64,000 bases of DNA, taken from contig CAVXDX010000007.1 of the NCBI GenBank assembly GCA_963760615.1, forward strand, positions 32,001 to 96,000, written 5' to 3'. Position 1 is the first letter of the stretch. Every line of letters begins with the position of its first letter. The notes beneath the pieces were generated by a model, which saw nothing but the letters and a program-made list of their open reading frames with translations, did no database searches and was not told the DNA's origin. The DNA is from an uncultured Candidatus Micrarchaeota archaeon. Lineage in GTDB: Archaea; Micrarchaeota; Micrarchaeia; Burarchaeales; Fermentimicrarchaeaceae. The position numbers were made by a program, and so were the translations under genes. Of the stretch, positions 1 to 9,647 are shown piece after piece.

Positions 1-819
1 GGTAAATGAGGTTATGTTGCTGAACGCAGAACTCATGTGTTTTACATAAAATGGTATATTATAGCTTGACACATCAGAAAACTCTTTTATGGAGAGCTGC
101 GGAACTGCATTGCTTGTTTTATAGTAGTACCAAACAGAGAAAGGCAGGAGGAATGAAAGCAGCATGACGCCTCCACTCCTGAGAACACTGGAATATCTAC
201 TGTCTTTTGAGAGTTTAATCTTGTAGATTAGAGCCAGCACAAGCCCAGGCAGAAATGCAGCTCCAATGGAGCGCGTAAGGAGAAGCAAGAACAGTGAGAA
301 GCCTGAAAGAAAATCAAAAAGCAGGCTTTTTCTGCTTATGGATTCAAGCAGGAACCAGGCGGAGAAGAGGAAGAGAGGGGAGAAGAGGTTCTCACTCAAG
401 ATAAGCGGGAAGTAGACCACTATGGATGGGAGGCAAGAAGCTGCAAGGGAGAAGTACAGCGCCTCTTCCTCATGAATAAATTTCTTAAGTATGAAAAACG
501 CTGGGAATATTATGGATGAACTCAATATGCAGTTAATAATCAGCATTAGATGGTAGACTCTCTCTGCATCTGCAGATACACTTGCTAGGGATAGGAAGAG
601 AGGATAGCCCGAAGGGTATATCTGCGCGTACTGTATGTCACTCGTGAATTTCCCAACGGCTATGTTCTTTGCTATGTCGTTGTAGACTGCCTCATCTGGC
701 AGGACGCTCGGGTTTACAATTTTTAATGCGAAGTAGGATTTTACGAGAACCATCAAAATGAATAGCAGAACAACCACGTATAGAGTTTTTGAGCTGCTTT
801 TGCGGTGGGGCATAGTCAT
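1..819 (-). CDS. GT-C fold (ArnT/PMT-like) membrane glycosyltransferase, 3' end runs off the window
   Basis: Not in ORF track. Manual translation of the minus strand is open from ATG 819/813 to base 1: MPHRKSSSKTLYVVVLLFILMVLVKSYFALKIVNPSVLPDEAVYNDIAKNIA...YPSGYPLFLS...ILSENLF...LLTRSIG. Shows the DE motif after TM1, a YP-GYP motif and multiple TMs. Confidence 0.8.
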   Translation of the reverse strand, partial: MTMPHRKSSSKTLYVVVLLFILMVLVKSYFALKIVNPSVLPDEAVYNDIAKNIAVGKFTSDIQYAQIYPSGYPLFLSLASVSADAERVYHLMLIINCILSSSIIFPAFFILKKFIHEEEALYFSLAASCLPSIVVYFPLILSENLFSPLFLFSAWFLLESISRKSLLFDFLSGFSLFLLLLTRSIGAAFLPGLVLALIYKIKLSKDSRYSSVLRSGGVMLLSFLLPFSVWYYYKTSNAVPQLSIKEFSDVSSYNIPFYVKHMSSAFSNITSFT

Positions 820-874
820 CCATCTATTCTTTGGTAGACATAAGGTTTTAATTTGTGGAGGTGGGTATAATAAC

Positions 875-1819
875 GTGAAACTGGCAATAGTCATACCCGC
901 GTATAATGAAGAGAGGACAATAGGTAAGGTTATCCGCGAGATACCCCGCCAGATAAAAGGGATTGGAAGCATTGGGGTTATTGTTGTAGATGATGGCTCC
1001 GCTGACAGGACTGTTTCTGAGACATTGAAGGCAGGGGCGGATAGGGTTATAAAGCATAAAATGAATCTGGGGTTGGCGGCTTCTTTCAGGGATGGGCTGG
1101 ACGCAGCTTTGGAGGATGGAGCGGATATCATAGTGAATACTGACGCGGACCTTCAGTACAACCAGAAGGAAATTCCAAAATTGATAAAACCGATATTGGA
1201 TGGAGAGGCGGATTTCGTTCTTGGGTACAGGGACGTCTGGAATCTGAAGCATATGCCCATTGGCAAAAAAATAGGTAATACGCTTGCGACTGCATTAATT
1301 AGCTCTCTGGTCGGCTTCAGAATAAAAGATGCACAGAGCGGCTTCAGGGCTTTTTCGAGAGAAGCTGCTTTGCAGGTGAATATTCTTTCTGATTATACCT
1401 ATGTGCAAGAGACAATCATGCAGCTGATATTCAAGAGGAATAAGGTAGCCCAGGTACCCTGCGAGTTTAGGGCAAGAGAAGGGGAAAGCAGGTTGATAAG
1501 CAATATCTGGTCTTATGCAAAGAGAGCCGGGCTGACAATCCTACGCACCTATGTTTATTACAAGCCGCTGAGAACTTTCCTGTCGGTTGGGCTGGTTTTG
1601 ATTCTGCTCGGGCTGATTGCAGGGTTGAGGGTTCTAATCCATTTCTTGACAACGGGCCTTGTAAGTCCGTACATCCCATCCGCAATTCTTAGTGCAGTTT
1701 TGTTGATAGTGGGATTTCAGGTTGCGATGATGGGATTAATTGCAGATTCTATTAATGCAAATAGAAGGACTCTTGAGAGAATGCTTTATCTGGTTAAAAA
1801 GCAAGGCAAGCGAGTTTAG
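875..1819 (+). CDS. GT2 glycosyltransferase (polyprenol-phosphate sugar synthase-like, two C-terminal TMs)
   Basis: IVIPAYNE, VVDDGS, DADLQ, DAQSGFRA motifs. GTG start at 875 after SD GGAGGTG. The track's longer N-terminus overlaps the opposite-strand gene. Confidence 0.9.
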   Translation: MKLAIVIPAYNEERTIGKVIREIPRQIKGIGSIGVIVVDDGSADRTVSETLKAGADRVIKHKMNLGLAASFRDGLDAALEDGADIIVNTDADLQYNQKEIPKLIKPILDGEADFVLGYRDVWNLKHMPIGKKIGNTLATALISSLVGFRIKDAQSGFRAFSREAALQVNILSDYTYVQETIMQLIFKRNKVAQVPCEFRAREGESRLISNIWSYAKRAGLTILRTYVYYKPLRTFLSVGLVLILLGLIAGLRVLIHFLTTGLVSPYIPSAILSAVLLIVGFQVAMMGLIADSINANRRTLERMLYLVKKQGKRV

Positions 1820-1828
1820 GGTTTGCGT

Positions 1829-2911
1829 ATGCTCCAGGTTATAGTCGGCACAAAGGGGCAGCTTATCAAGATGGCGCCAGTAATGAAAGAGATGGATAGG
1901 GCAGGGTTAGAGTATAATTTCATAAATGCTTCGCAGCACGGAAGAATTTTGGAGGATATTGCTTCACTTTTCAAACTCAGAAAGTATGACTATGAGTTCT
2001 ACGGTTTTGGGAGGGACATAACCAAAAGCAGCGAGCTGGTCTATTGGTTGTTTTTGAATACTGTGAAAAATAGTTTCGGCGGAAAGATATTCAAAAAAGG
2101 TGATTGGGTTGTACTACATGGTGACGCACCACCGGCTCTTTTGGGATTGATGATTGCCAAAGTCAGAGGACTTAGAACGATGCATGTGGAAGCTGGGGAG
2201 CGCACATATAGATTAAGAGACCCATTTCCCGAGGAATTTATCCGGAGAGTAGTGGATAGGTATTCAGATTATTTATTTGCGCTTTCAGACAGGACTTATA
2301 TGAATTTGAAGAAGGAGGGGATCAGGGGGAAGGTGTGGAAGATTAGGATGAATACTATTTTGGATTCCGTCAGAATGGCAGTTAAGAAGGGCGGGAATGT
2401 TTCCCCTCCGTCAGAAAAATATGTTCTCTCATCCATTCACCGGTTTGAAACAATATCTGATCGCACCCGGTTGGGGAGGATAGTTGATACGGTTGACAGG
2501 GCGTCTAGAAACTTAAAAGTTGTTTTTCCACTTCACGAATCTACTAGGAGGCAACTTGAAGCGAAGAATTTAATGAGCAGGTTAAAACATAATAAGAATG
2601 TGGTTATTATGCCTCTGCTTGACTACTTTTCTTTTATTGAGCACATAAACAAAGCGCAGTATGTCATAACTGACGGTGGAGGACCACAGCAGGAGACATA
2701 TCTCCTCGGTAAGCCTTGCTTGCTGATGAGGGAGATTACTGAACGCCCGGGATATGCGAATACATACACTGCCGGGTTTGACTTGAAGAAGATTGATCAT
2801 TTTATTAAAAATTATGATGAATACAGAGGCCCCAATATTGTAAAGGAATTTGAAGGTTACAGTCCATCAAAGCATATTGTAAGAATTATGCGCGAAAACA
2901 TAGAGCCCTGA
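1829..2911 (+). CDS. wecB: UDP-N-acetylglucosamine 2-epimerase family protein
   Basis: GTKGQLIKMAP, HGD, HVEAGER, PFPEE, IHRFE and TDGGGPQQE motifs. Confidence 0.85.
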   Translation: MLQVIVGTKGQLIKMAPVMKEMDRAGLEYNFINASQHGRILEDIASLFKLRKYDYEFYGFGRDITKSSELVYWLFLNTVKNSFGGKIFKKGDWVVLHGDAPPALLGLMIAKVRGLRTMHVEAGERTYRLRDPFPEEFIRRVVDRYSDYLFALSDRTYMNLKKEGIRGKVWKIRMNTILDSVRMAVKKGGNVSPPSEKYVLSSIHRFETISDRTRLGRIVDTVDRASRNLKVVFPLHESTRRQLEAKNLMSRLKHNKNVVIMPLLDYFSFIEHINKAQYVITDGGGPQQETYLLGKPCLLMREITERPGYANTYTAGFDLKKIDHFIKNYDEYRGPNIVKEFEGYSPSKHIVRIMRENIEP

Positions 2912-2912
2912 C

Positions 2913-3623
2913 TCAGTCAGTTTTCTCTGCCAGAATTGCAATTCTTCTTCTCATTATGGGCAGAATCAAGAGGGCTCGTTCAAAAGTTCTGAAAATCGGT
3001 ACATGGGACTCGGTGTAATAGCTTTTTTTAATTATGAAGTGCCTCTTGGTCAGCTCGTTTATTAGACGGCTCATTGTTTTGTAATCTACATGGCCTGCAT
3101 TCTTTTTGAGGATTATATTGTTGTTTTTTAGAATCTCGAATATGTGACCTGGGTCAGGTGTCCAGATAATGAGTTTGCCTCCTTTTTTGAGTAGCCTCCT
3201 ACATTCGTCCAAAACTCGCTCAGATTGTTTTGGGTATAGGTGCTCGAATAAATCAGCAGAAACAATAGCGTCATATGCGCCTGACTTCAAACCGGTATGC
3301 TGGGCATCAGCCCATACGAAATTTACATTCTTGTACCCGTAATTCTTTATGAGCCTTTTGCAAAGTGCTATGCTTTTTTTGCTAAAATCTACCCCTGTTA
3401 TTTCCTTGCATAGTGGAGCAAAGGCAATGCAGAACGTCCCCCAGCCGCAGCCCAAGTCCACCATTGTCTCATCCGGTTTGGGAGTGTATATTTGCAACAC
3501 TTTCTGAACGCGATACTTCTGGAAGATACTGTTCATGTTTGTAAAAGGGAGGTACTGCTTCTCATCAGTGTATATCTCATTGTAGTATTCTGCACCAATT
3601 TCTCTTTTACTGGAGTCTTTCAT
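2913..3623 (-). CDS. class I SAM-dependent methyltransferase
   Basis: VDLGCGWG, GVDFS, ADLFEHL, LKKGG motifs; ATG 3623 follows SD GAGGTG. Confidence 0.85.
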   Translation of the reverse strand: MKDSSKREIGAEYYNEIYTDEKQYLPFTNMNSIFQKYRVQKVLQIYTPKPDETMVDLGCGWGTFCIAFAPLCKEITGVDFSKKSIALCKRLIKNYGYKNVNFVWADAQHTGLKSGAYDAIVSADLFEHLYPKQSERVLDECRRLLKKGGKLIIWTPDPGHIFEILKNNNIILKKNAGHVDYKTMSRLINELTKRHFIIKKSYYTESHVPIFRTFERALLILPIMRRRIAILAEKTD

Positions 3624-3708
3624 GCGAAACACCTCATTGAATCTTTCCTGTTTATGGAATTATTTTAATTCTAAATTGTAAAATTAATGATAAAGTTGCC
3701 TTCTAAAA

Positions 3709-4754
3709 TTATCTTAGGCTAAACTTCAGAATGCCCGCTATGCCGGAGAGACCCGTGAGCTGCTTGCCCGCCTCGCTCTCTGAGCTGAATAGAAATATTT
3801 CTGCCTTCATTTTTTCTGCGTCATCCAGAAGTTTCTCAACTGACCTGTCTTTCCTGAGAAGCTCATCCACCACAAGAAGTTTTCCAAGGGCCCTGTAGTC
3901 AATTGCCTTGCGCACCTCCTCAGCCCCATAAACTGCAAGCCCGCTCTCCTTTGATATTTCTGTGAGCAAGCTCTGCAGAAGGGAGAACTCCTCCTCCACC
4001 TTTTGCTCGCTTGCAATTTTTGAGAGCACTCCTCTTTTGAGCAGCTCGTATACACCGCTCTCTTCCGCTGTGCTGCACGACTCGAAGTAAAGCTTCTTGG
4101 ATAGCTCCTCATCCCTCTCCGAGATGAACTTCTTAAGGTTATCCTTTGCGAAGCCGGGACCGGCTATGACGATTCTGTTAACCTTCATGCTCGTGAGCTG
4201 CTTCATTATATCCCCGAAGAACTGGCTCCTCCTCTCCTCAAATTTCTCATCGCCCTTTGATGCGTGGTTCCTCAGTTCAGGGACCAAATTCAACTCCATA
4301 TTCCCTTATTAGTGCAAAGAGAGCCTTGCCCTCATCAATGACGAGCATTCCTATGAGGGGCTTCTTGGAGCTCTCCCTTGCTTTCTTAATTCTCTGCAAC
4401 TGGTATTCCTTCCACTGCTTCGTTATCTCAACAGGCTTCTGTAGCTCAACGTCTATAGTGTGGTGCCTCCCAAGCTGGATGTACTCCTCAGGCCCCTCCG
4501 CCTATTATCTTTCCGGTTACCCTCAGCTTGCTGGCGGACTTGCTGAAGTCTATCTTCTCAGCCTGCAGCTCTATGCGAACCTTCTTCCTCTCACCCTCCT
4601 CGCCTTCCTTCTCGGATGCCTTGAAAACCCGCGTGGAGGATGATGAAACGATATCGCCGGGCTCCAGAACCCTCTCGAGATGCCAGAGGTCTTCCAACAC
4701 CTCCGGTACTAGTTTCATCCTTCCTTCCTTTCTGTCGAAGCCTAAAACTTTCAT
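3709..4754 (-). pseudogene. pelA: pelota (Dom34) ribosome-rescue factor split by two +1 frameshifts (real lesion or assembly error)
   Basis: N-part (LVPEVLEDLWHLERV...KLRVTGKI) 4754-4488; middle part (GPEEYIQLGRHHTIDVEL...LVIDEGKALFALIREYGVEF) in a second frame; C-part (IVIAGPGFAK...GIAGILKF) in a third frame. Breaks at G4 run 4493-4496 and C3 run 4280-4282. Confidence 0.85.
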
Positions 4755-4812
4755 GAGAGAGTTAGGGATAAAGGATTATTAAAAACAATAGCCAAATTAT
4801 AATTGATTCATT

Positions 4813-6579
4813 ATGGGAGTTAGAATTGCAATAGTTGACAGGGAGAAGTGCATTAAGCAAAAATGCGGCTACCTGTGTCAGAAAGTGTGCCCAGGGGTAA
4901 GGATGGGCGACGAGACGGTTACGGTAGACGCTGAAGGTTTTCCCGTCATTTCTGAAACTCTCTGCACAGGCTGCGGCATATGCGTGAGGAAATGCCCTGC
5001 GAATGCCATAAAGATAATCAACCTGCCCCACGAGGCAGGGAAACTCATCTTCCAGTACGGAGTCAACGCATTCAGGTTATACAACCTACCTCTGCCAAAG
5101 AAAGGGGCAGTTGTTGGCTTGATTGGAGCAAACGGGATTGGGAAAAGCACTGCCCTTGAGATACTCAGCGGGAGGATAAAGCCTAATCTTGGCAACTACA
5201 AGAAGAATGCAAAGTGGGAGGACATCATAGGGCAGTTCAAGGGGCAGGAACTGCAGAACTACTTTGAATCCCTGAAAGAGAAGGGTGTGAAGGTGAGTTA
5301 TAAACCGCAGATGATAGACAGGCTGCCTGAAGTTTTCAAAGAAACAGTTTCAAAGTTCCTGAAGAGGAATGATGAGAGGAAGAAGTTTGAGGAGGCTGTT
5401 GATGCTTTTGAGCTGAGGGAGTGCCTGAACAGGAAGATTGAGAACCTCAGCGGCGGGGAGCTGCAGAGAATGGCCATATGCGCAGCATACCTGAAGGATG
5501 CTGATGTGTATTACTTTGATGAGCCCAGCAGCTATCTTGACATAAAGCAGAGGCTGAAGGTTGCGAGGAATCTTGAGAAGCTGGCAAAGGATAAAGCTGT
5601 GATGGTCGTTGAGCATGACCTTGCAGTGCTGGATTACCTCAGTGAGTACGTGCATGTCCTCTACGGGGTGAGCGGCGCCTACGGAGTTGTTTCCAAGCTG
5701 AAGGGAGTGAGGAACGGCATTAACGAATACCTGGCAGGCTACCTGAAGGAGGAGAATGTGAGGTTCAGGGAAACAGAGATAAGCTTCACCACCGGCAGCG
5801 TGGAGAGGGAAGGCGGGGATGTGCTTTTTGAGTATGGAAAGATGGAGAAGGATTACTCGGGCTTCTCCCTGAAATGCTCGCCAGGCGATGTTAGGAGGGG
5901 TGAGGTGGTAGGTGCCATCGGGCCGAATGCAATTGGCAAGTCCACATTCGTGAAATTGCTTGCAGGTGTGGAGGAGCCGGATAAGGGGGTAGTTAAGCAC
6001 AAGCTCAGAATAGCCTACAAGCCGCAGTACATAAAATCCGATTTTAAGGGAACCGTAGGGGAAATGGTAGATGCAACTGGCAACTTGGATAAGGATGTTT
6101 TTGAGAGGGCGGTCAAGGAGAGAATGGGTATACCTGAGCTCATGGAGAAGAATGTGAAGAATCTGAGCGGCGGGGAGCTGCAGAGGGTTGCCATAGCCCT
6201 GTGCATATCCCAGGAGGCAGACCTGTACCTGCTTGATGAGCCTTCTGCGTTTCTTGATGTGGAGCAGAGGTTAATCTTCGCGAATGTACTCGGAAAGGTG
6301 ATGGAAAGCAGTGAGAGGAGCGCCTTTGTGGTTGACCACGACATAATACTCATCGATTCAATTTCTGACAGGCTTGTCGTCTTCCAGGGCAGGAGCGGAG
6401 TTGAGGGAGTTGCGAATGCACCCGAAGGAAAAAGGGATGGGATGAACAGGTTCCTGAAGGACGTGGATGTCACACTCAGGAGGGATAAGGATTCATTAAG
6501 ACCCAGGGTGAACAAGCCCAACTCAGTGATGGATAGGGAGCAGAAGCAGGCAGGGGAGTACTACTATCATAAGCTATAA
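4813..6579 (+). CDS. rli: ABCE1/Rli ribosome recycling ATPase
   Basis: N-terminal Fe-S Cys motifs (CGYLCQKVCP, CTGCGICVRKCP); two ABC domains (GANGIGKS, GPNAIGKS, LSGGELQR twice). Confidence 0.97.
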   Translation: MGVRIAIVDREKCIKQKCGYLCQKVCPGVRMGDETVTVDAEGFPVISETLCTGCGICVRKCPANAIKIINLPHEAGKLIFQYGVNAFRLYNLPLPKKGAVVGLIGANGIGKSTALEILSGRIKPNLGNYKKNAKWEDIIGQFKGQELQNYFESLKEKGVKVSYKPQMIDRLPEVFKETVSKFLKRNDERKKFEEAVDAFELRECLNRKIENLSGGELQRMAICAAYLKDADVYYFDEPSSYLDIKQRLKVARNLEKLAKDKAVMVVEHDLAVLDYLSEYVHVLYGVSGAYGVVSKLKGVRNGINEYLAGYLKEENVRFRETEISFTTGSVEREGGDVLFEYGKMEKDYSGFSLKCSPGDVRRGEVVGAIGPNAIGKSTFVKLLAGVEEPDKGVVKHKLRIAYKPQYIKSDFKGTVGEMVDATGNLDKDVFERAVKERMGIPELMEKNVKNLSGGELQRVAIALCISQEADLYLLDEPSAFLDVEQRLIFANVLGKVMESSERSAFVVDHDIILIDSISDRLVVFQGRSGVEGVANAPEGKRDGMNRFLKDVDVTLRRDKDSLRPRVNKPNSVMDREQKQAGEYYYHKL

Positions 6580-6585
6580 ACTAGT

Positions 6586-7203
6586 TCACTTCTTCTCTGC
6601 AGTAAGAAATCGTTTCCCATCACTTTCAAAGTCTTCCTTAAGTAAGGTGAAGTTCATACTCCTTAGGATTGATTCCAGCTCCTTCATCTCTTTATCAGGG
6701 AAATTGCCAGTTATAAGGGCCAGCCCGCCTGGTTTCAGGATTCTCTCAATTTCTTGCAATGCACTCTTTCTCTTTTCTCCTTTTTGCAGTTCTATGACGA
6801 GAGTGCTTGTCACCGAACTGACAGAAGCATCGGGGGCGTTTATTCTATTAGTATCTGAAAGCACAGTCCGCACATTGACGTTTTCAGCCTTAGCTCTAGC
6901 CTCAAGTATTTGAAGAATTTCCTTGTCAATATCTGTCCCAGTAACCTTTAAGCCCTGCTTGGCGAGGTATATTGCATTCCTTCCATAGCCGCACCCAACA
7001 TCCATTACGTCTTTTATACCTCGCTCCTTTAGTAGAGGGACAAACTTGACGACAGATTCGCTGGGTTCAGTTTTTTCGTGCCCGAATATTCTGGCAAACT
7101 CTGTCCAAGTGACTCTATCCCATTTAGCCTCGGCGCTTTCCTTTTTCTTCCTAGTTTCTTTTGCGGGTTCCCCACCACTGCTGCCCTCGTCAAGTTTCCA
7201 CAT
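6586..7203 (-). CDS. class I SAM-dependent methyltransferase (TehB-like fold)
   Basis: MDVGCGYGRNAIYLAKQG, ILKPGG; likely ATG at 7203. Confidence 0.8.
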   Translation of the reverse strand: MWKLDEGSSGGEPAKETRKKKESAEAKWDRVTWTEFARIFGHEKTEPSESVVKFVPLLKERGIKDVMDVGCGYGRNAIYLAKQGLKVTGTDIDKEILQILEARAKAENVNVRTVLSDTNRINAPDASVSSVTSTLVIELQKGEKRKSALQEIERILKPGGLALITGNFPDKEMKELESILRSMNFTLLKEDFESDGKRFLTAEKK

Positions 7204-7243
7204 GATTAGACTTTTGAATTTTCTCTTATTTATAGTATTCTGT

Positions 7244-7840
7244 TCACTCGACAAACTTCTCAAGCACCTTTCCGCCTGTCTGGTTGAGAATCAGTCTTAT
7301 GGAATAGTTTGCTTTTGGAGATGTCCACGTCACCACCCAGACGGAGGGGTATGTCATATTTGTTTTGTTCTCAAAGTATGAGTCGCTGGGTTTGGCATCA
7401 ACTCTCACATTGTCATAACCGACTTGAGTTATCATGGAGTTTATTTCTGGAACATCATTGAGCGTGTGGGAAGCAATAATCGCCTCCTCCGCCCTGCCTA
7501 TCTTGCAGTTTTCCATTCCCTTGCAGCTGAGCAGCTGGCAGTTGTGGGTTATGTTGTTCTCAGCTCTCGGAACAAAGCCAAACGCAGGGTATTCGTAAAC
7601 CACTATCGACATGTTTGGGCATGGGGTATTCGCACCGTATACTACTTCTGCAGTAATCCTCCAGCTCCCATCCTGTGGTATTACCGCAGTAACATTGGTT
7701 TGCGCGCCTGGATAGTCTGACTGCATATGCTGTTGGACAAAATTCACTGCTTTCTCCTGAGTCATCTGCTCATTCTGCTGGGCACAGCCAGACAGCAATA
7801 GGAATAGGGTGGCTACTATGAACAGATATTCTGGTCGCAT
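7244..7840 (-). CDS. predicted secreted lipoprotein of unknown function
   Basis: Hydrophobic signal ending in lipobox LLSGC; four further Cys. Confidence 0.7.
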   Translation of the reverse strand: MRPEYLFIVATLFLLLSGCAQQNEQMTQEKAVNFVQQHMQSDYPGAQTNVTAVIPQDGSWRITAEVVYGANTPCPNMSIVVYEYPAFGFVPRAENNITHNCQLLSCKGMENCKIGRAEEAIIASHTLNDVPEINSMITQVGYDNVRVDAKPSDSYFENKTNMTYPSVWVVTWTSPKANYSIRLILNQTGGKVLEKFVE

Positions 7841-7891
7841 ACTCCTTCTGAGTAATAATCTGCACGGTAGTATAAAAAGATTACGTCGGTT

Positions 7892-9562
7892 TCAGCTGTT
7901 TGGGTTGCTCACCCTTCCCATGAAGAGTATGTTGCCTGTATCTCTCTGCTGTATGATGAAGATGAAGGAGTGGTCTGCCCTGAATATTTTGGGTTCCCCA
8001 GGCTCAATGCCCGATGTCATAATCACGACAGTTGCTGCGGCTGCCTCTGTTCCAGTTTCATTCACATCAATGAAGGCTTGATGGATAACATTGCTAATGA
8101 AAAGATTTTTCGTTCCATCCATGCCTGAGAAGTCCGCTTCGCTTGGGTCAAATGCCTTTTTCATTCCCATGTCTTCTAGAGTTTGAGACATGAAATATTT
8201 GGTTTCGAATTTGAATTTGGGTAGATAAACCCCTTTGAGTGTTGTCTCTTTGAGCATAGCTTTCCACTCATTTAACTTACTTGCGCTGAGTGATTGCTCA
8301 AGGGTCTGTAGACTGTCTCCTTTTGGAAGCAGTATGAGCATAGAGGTTTCATTACCATTGTAAAGAAGCTCCAGAACCTGAGTTTCGTTTGTTTCCGCAT
8401 AATTGAATGTCAATGGGACAAACTCCCCACTGGAAGTCTGAGCCCTGTCACCATGCAAAGACATCATCTTAACTTTGATTGTGCTGCCCGGGCTTACTCT
8501 GAACTCTTGGTCACTGGTTTCATTTAAAAATGGTATGAACCAGCTTGCTTTGAAATAGACTGCATTTGTGAGAACCAGACGCGTCAGCGGGTCGATGGAA
8601 CCGGGTGGGATTATATCTTTGATTTTGTGGTTTGTCTGCTCCTCGACCCAGTTGTTTATGGTGATGCGAGAGTTTTCAGTATCACTGACAAAATCAAGAT
8701 TGGTTACATTTCCGCCATAATAAGTCTGTATTAAATTGAAGTAACTATCTAGGAACTTGTAATCCTTCTGCGCCCATAATGCATTTGCAGTGCTGAGGTT
8801 GTAACTTTTATTTGCCTCGTTTATCTCATTATAAATTTGCAGGAAGCCATTTCTCCGAGTATCATTATCTGTTGGGAAGTGAAAGACTGACTGCATCTCC
8901 TGCGCAGTCGCCCCTCTCGCACCCTCGTATGTCATTGCCAGCGCTGTTGAGATGCTGTAGGGTGAGAAGAATATGTTTCCATTCTGGGAGCTGTACTGGG
9001 GATACAGGTCAAATGCAAACTGGTTGTTCGCAGCTACAACTCCGACTGCTTCAGAGACATTTGCAGGTATAACTGGGGTTGGAGTCATGCACATCAGCCT
9101 GCTGCTGTCCCAGCACCTGCCCCCTCCGCATTCGCAGGCTACCACATCATGGCTGTTGTCCGGGGAGCAACCACAGGCCCCAATCATGCATGTATTCGGG
9201 AAATCTGAAACTGACTTGCAACATGATTTCGTGGTGATATTCCCGAAAGAATTTACGCATCCTCTGGCCTTTGCCATTTGCTCAGTCGCATTACACATTA
9301 TTGAAGGCATGAGGCATTTCGGGGTGCGGTTATAGCATGCTGGGTTGCACACGTTCCCCTGCTGAACATAGCCCTGAGGGCATGTGCATGTGTTATTTGG
9401 GCATGGGGCAAATTCGCAGTTTGGACCAGTTCTGCCGACATAAGAGCCATCGGGGCATTGCTTAGCTTCCTGGGTGCATCCCTGAGGTGGTTTTACCTGA
9501 GTGCATCCGGCAAGTAAAAACAAAGCAACAAGCAGCAGAATTGTGAGATTTTTTGTTCTCAT
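7892..9562 (-). CDS. lipoprotein serpin with N-terminal Cys-rich modules
   Basis: Lipobox LLAGC. Serpin core NNQFAFDLY, NIFFSPYSISTAL, LVLTNAVYFKASW, LPKFKFE; hinge ETGTEAAAAT; FRADHSF..ILFMGRVSNP. Confidence 0.93.
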   Translation of the reverse strand: MRTKNLTILLLVALFLLAGCTQVKPPQGCTQEAKQCPDGSYVGRTGPNCEFAPCPNNTCTCPQGYVQQGNVCNPACYNRTPKCLMPSIMCNATEQMAKARGCVNSFGNITTKSCCKSVSDFPNTCMIGACGCSPDNSHDVVACECGGGRCWDSSRLMCMTPTPVIPANVSEAVGVVAANNQFAFDLYPQYSSQNGNIFFSPYSISTALAMTYEGARGATAQEMQSVFHFPTDNDTRRNGFLQIYNEINEANKSYNLSTANALWAQKDYKFLDSYFNLIQTYYGGNVTNLDFVSDTENSRITINNWVEEQTNHKIKDIIPPGSIDPLTRLVLTNAVYFKASWFIPFLNETSDQEFRVSPGSTIKVKMMSLHGDRAQTSSGEFVPLTFNYAETNETQVLELLYNGNETSMLILLPKGDSLQTLEQSLSASKLNEWKAMLKETTLKGVYLPKFKFETKYFMSQTLEDMGMKKAFDPSEADFSGMDGTKNLFISNVIHQAFIDVNETGTEAAAATVVIMTSGIEPGEPKIFRADHSFIFIIQQRDTGNILFMGRVSNPNS

Positions 9563-9647
9563 ACTTGTAGTTTTATGAGAAGAGCTATAAAAACATTTGG
9601 AATTTGTTCGGAGGTTTCAAAATTAAATTTGCTCTAGCAGAAGTATG

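Noticed and set aside
758-874. Track N-terminal extension of the GT2
   Set aside because: Overlaps the opposite-strand GT-C gene; the GTG at 875 has a strong SD and matches the family start
4257-4782. Plus-strand ORFs (128 aa, 84 aa) over pelota
   Set aside because: Antisense shadows; the minus-strand frames account for a conserved protein
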